The translations under genes and the position numbers were made by a program. Below, piece after piece: positions 60,843-64,000 of a stretch of DNA of 64,000 nt. The notes beneath the pieces are model-generated. The model ran no database searches, was not told the DNA's origin, and was given only the letters and a program-made list of their open reading frames with translations. Origin of the DNA: Candidatus Poribacteria bacterium (lineage in GTDB: Bacteria; Poribacteria; WGA-4E; PCPOR2b); the NCBI GenBank assembly GCA_965218095.1, contig OZ244587.1, positions 1,664,001 to 1,728,000 on the forward strand, read 5' to 3'. Numbering within the stretch: position 1 is the first letter of the stretch; each line of letters starts with the position of its first letter.

Positions 60843-61136
60843 CCCAAAGAAAGACTTACTGACCCAGAATATGCAAGGGATTTTCTTGATGTTTCTCTTG
60901 AAGAATACGAGAAAGATGGAAACAAGAAGGCATTTTTACGGGCGCTCCGGTATGTTGCTGAAGTACAAGGAGGAATTTCTCATTTAGCTGCAGAGACCAA
61001 TCTGAACCGACCCAATCTTCACAAACTGCTGTCTAAGGAAGACAATCCAAGACTGGAGACCATAGGTGCGATACTCCATGCTTTGGGTTATCGTTTATCA
61101 GTCTCATCACTTGAGCGTGAAACGATTCCGTCTTGA
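60843..61136 (+). pseudogene. 5'-truncated addiction-module antidote (HI1420-like HTH)
   Basis: Manual translation LTDPEYARDFL...AFLRALRYVAEVQGGISHLAAETNLNRPNLHKLLSKEDNPRLETI; no start codon, no toxin. Confidence 0.75.
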
Positions 61137-61163
61137 CGGGGTGATGGGAACGGGAAATGGAGG

Positions 61164-62420
61164 ATGGGAACTATGTCACAACAATTTGGGACTAAAATCG
61201 GTGAACAAATGAGGGTAGCCCCAGCACGTTTCATCTATATGGACTGCCATGCCACCACGCCCCTTGACCCGCAGGTGCTAGAAGCGATAATGCCGTACCT
61301 GACCACCCATTTCGGCAACGCCGCCAGTAGCACACACGTCTTTGGTCAAAAAGCAAAGGAAGCGGTGGATCACGCTCGACAACAGGTCGCAGATCTAATC
61401 GACTGTTCCCCAGAGGAGATTGTATTCACTAGCGGTGCAACGGAATCTGATAACCTTGCTGTCAAGGGAGTTGCGTATCAACACAGACATAAAGGGAGTC
61501 ATATTGTTACCAGCACCGTCGAACACCACGCGGTTTTAGATTCGTGCAAGGCATTGGAGGAGGCAGGCTTTGATGTGACCTATCTTCCCATTGATAAGTA
61601 TGGTATGGTTCACCCGCAGCAGGTCGAAGATGCTATCACAGATCAGACGATACTAATTAGCCTGATTTACGGGAACGGTGAGGTCGGTACAATCAACCCC
61701 ATCTCAGAAGTTGGCGAGATCGCCGAGCGACATGATATACTTTTCCATTCTGATGCAACGCAGGGGGTCGGCAAAGTTGAATCGGGCGTCAATAAACTGA
61801 AAGTGGATCTGATGTCGTTCACTGCTCACAAGATATACGGTCCCAAAGGCATCGGCGCGCTTTATGTCCGCAAGAAACATCCACCGATTCAATTGTATCC
61901 ACTCCTTCACGGTGGCGGTCAGGAAAATAACATCAGATCCGGGACACTCAACGTTCCCGGCATCGTCGGTTTCGGGGCGGCTTGTGAACTTTGCAAAGAG
62001 GCGATGGCGGAAGAAGCGAAACGAATTGCGGCTTTACGCGGGCGGCTTCATCACGGGTTATCCAAACGAATCGATTTCATCCACCTCAACGGACACCCGA
62101 AAAAACGCCACCCCGGCAATCTCAATCTCAGCTTTGAGTTTGTTGAAAGCCAATCTGTATTGTTAGGCTTGAAAGAGATTGCGCTTTCATCAGGGTCCGC
62201 TTGTAACTCTGATTCCGTTGAGCCATCTTATGTCTTACGCGCGATGGGCGTCAAAGACGAACTTGCCCTCGCCGCTATCCGTTTCGGATTGGGACGCTCC
62301 AACACGGCAGAGGAAGTCGATGAGGTCGTTGATCGCGTGGCGAAACAGGTCACCCGTTTGCGCGAATTGTCTCCGCTCTATGAGATGGCGCAGGGTAGAA
62401 GCTACAAAGCAACAGCATAA
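61164..62420 (+). CDS. iscS: Cysteine desulfurase (IscS type)
   Basis: IYMDCHATTP, FTSGATESDN, AHKIYGPKG, SSGSAC, LRELSPLYEM. Confidence 0.95.
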   Translation: MGTMSQQFGTKIGEQMRVAPARFIYMDCHATTPLDPQVLEAIMPYLTTHFGNAASSTHVFGQKAKEAVDHARQQVADLIDCSPEEIVFTSGATESDNLAVKGVAYQHRHKGSHIVTSTVEHHAVLDSCKALEEAGFDVTYLPIDKYGMVHPQQVEDAITDQTILISLIYGNGEVGTINPISEVGEIAERHDILFHSDATQGVGKVESGVNKLKVDLMSFTAHKIYGPKGIGALYVRKKHPPIQLYPLLHGGGQENNIRSGTLNVPGIVGFGAACELCKEAMAEEAKRIAALRGRLHHGLSKRIDFIHLNGHPKKRHPGNLNLSFEFVESQSVLLGLKEIALSSGSACNSDSVEPSYVLRAMGVKDELALAAIRFGLGRSNTAEEVDEVVDRVAKQVTRLRELSPLYEMAQGRSYKATA

Positions 62421-62439
62421 TAAAATCGAGAGGAAGTAA

Positions 62440-63396
62440 ATGAATCTGTTCAAAAAAGGTAAGAATGTAGATACAAAAGATCAAGCACCTGCTCGTCCGC
62501 GCGTGGCGAGCCATCCAGAGCTCAAAATGGCAAATACACCACCGGCTGGCAGACCCACCACCCCACAGATGGGAATGCCACCACAGGGGCAACCGCAAAA
62601 TATCCTCATCCCGGATGTCCAGTATAAGATTGCCGTGGCGAGTGGAAAGGGCGGCGTTGGTAAATCGACGGTTGCTACAAATCTAGCGATCGCTTTGGCG
62701 CAAAAGGGTACAAAGGTCGGGCTGATGGATGCAGATGCATACGGGCCAAGCATCCCCACCATGATGGGGGCGAAAGAACAACCGCAGACAAGTCCAGAAA
62801 AGAAACTCATCCCGATCGTCAGGCACGGCATCAAGCTGATGTCAATCGGCTTTCTGGTGCCTGATGAACAAGCGATGATCTGGCGAGGACCTATGTTACA
62901 TAGTGCCGTCCGTCAATTTCTTGGTGATGTAAATTGGGGCGAACTGGATTATCTCATCATCGATCTACCCCCCGGCACAGGAGATGTCGCCCTCTCCTTA
63001 ACGCAGTCGGTTCCGTTAACGGGCGGTGTGATTGTGACGACGCCACAGGATGTCGCGTTGGCTGATGTAAGACGCGGCGTCGCTATGTTTGAAAAACTGG
63101 GTGTACCGATTCTGGGGGTCATTGAAAATATGAGCTATTTCGCATGTCCTTATTGTGGAGAGAGAACCGCCATCTTCAGGGCAGATGGCGGGGTAAAAAC
63201 CAGTGAAAAACTGGGGGTTTCATTCTTGGGGCAGATTCCTCTCGATCCTGAAGTTTGTACTGCTGGCGACCTTGGCGTGCCAATCGTCGCATCTCACCCG
63301 GATTCGCCGCAATCCGAAGCGTTCCGTAATGTAGCCAATCTGCTTGTGGAAGAGCTCCGTAATCAGGACTTAGAAGGGGAATTAACGATTATTTAG
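62440..63396 (+). CDS. mrp: Mrp/ApbC Fe-S cluster carrier ATPase
   Basis: SGKGGVGKST, WRGPM, DLPPGTGD, ENMS, CPYC. Confidence 0.95.
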   Translation: MNLFKKGKNVDTKDQAPARPRVASHPELKMANTPPAGRPTTPQMGMPPQGQPQNILIPDVQYKIAVASGKGGVGKSTVATNLAIALAQKGTKVGLMDADAYGPSIPTMMGAKEQPQTSPEKKLIPIVRHGIKLMSIGFLVPDEQAMIWRGPMLHSAVRQFLGDVNWGELDYLIIDLPPGTGDVALSLTQSVPLTGGVIVTTPQDVALADVRRGVAMFEKLGVPILGVIENMSYFACPYCGERTAIFRADGGVKTSEKLGVSFLGQIPLDPEVCTAGDLGVPIVASHPDSPQSEAFRNVANLLVEELRNQDLEGELTII

Positions 63397-63525
63397 AATC
63401 CCCTTTCCCTATCCGTTCCTATATTTCACACCAATCGCTCAAGCCGAGTTTTCTGATATTGTCTGCTGAAGAAATCTCGGCTTTTGTGGTTTTATCTTAC
63501 GTTTTATACTTATGAGGTATTTCCG

Positions 63526-64000
63526 ATGAAAGAAAACGATCAATTCATTGCCGAACTTTCAGATATCGTCGCATCCACGTATGTGATCACCGATCCAACC
63601 TCGCTTTCCGTTTACGAGTGCGATGGTGCAACACTGTTCAAAGCAACCCCCGATGCTGTCGTTTTTGCCACAACGGCGCAAGAGGTCTCAGCGATTGTTA
63701 AGCTGGCGAACAAGCACAACGTGCCTTTCATTGCGCGGGGTGCAGGGACCGGCTTGAGTGGGGGCATGCTTCCTGTCGAGGGTGGCATCATTATTGCCTT
63801 AAACCGAATGAATCGTATCCTCGAAATCGACTTGGCAAACCAGCGGGCAGTGGTCGAGCCAGGCGTTGTAAACCTCTGGTTGACGCAAGCCGTTCAGGAT
63901 GATGGTTACTATTACGCGCCAGATCCTTCTAGCCAGCAGGCGTGCAGCATCGGCGGGAACATCGCTGAGAATTCGGGTGGCCCCCACACCCTCAAATATG
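63526..64000 (+). CDS. glcD: FAD-linked oxidase GlcD-like, partial
   Basis: Manual translation YECDG, ARGAGTGLSGG, APDPSSQQACSIGGNIAENSGG; runs off window. Confidence 0.85.
   Translation, partial: MKENDQFIAELSDIVASTYVITDPTSLSVYECDGATLFKATPDAVVFATTAQEVSAIVKLANKHNVPFIARGAGTGLSGGMLPVEGGIIIALNRMNRILEIDLANQRAVVEPGVVNLWLTQAVQDDGYYYAPDPSSQQACSIGGNIAENSGGPHTLKY

Overview
Bacterial genomic window, most likely Candidatus Poribacteria (inferred from repeated LLxNYPNPFNPETWIPY C-terminal domains, several PhyH dioxygenases and LRR/WD40/dockerin secreted proteins). It is an accessory region with carbohydrate catabolism genes (sialidase-like, GH127, Gfo/Idh/MocA, lactonase), four IS elements with recognisable ends (IS1595 with passenger genes, IS5, IS982, one DDE_Tnp_1 element), several MITE/REP families, many pseudogenes, and iscS-mrp-glcD at the right end. 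The centre is a divergent metal locus. Each arm starts with a DUF2946-like leader ORF ending in a RAPP ribosome-arrest-type motif, and the codons at or just after RAPP are complementary to the Shine-Dalgarno of the next gene. One arm runs His-rich protein, TolC, two-domain multicopper oxidase, FMN-binding-like protein, Rieske and cytochrome b with no cytochrome c1. The other runs His-rich lipoprotein and TonB-dependent receptor. Also notable: an IS1595 carrying a cassette-like array of small ORFs and hairpins, and large secreted-protein genes bounded by swapped target-site duplications or direct repeats. No rRNA, tRNA or CRISPR array was seen. All family calls come from motif recognition by eye, not database searches.
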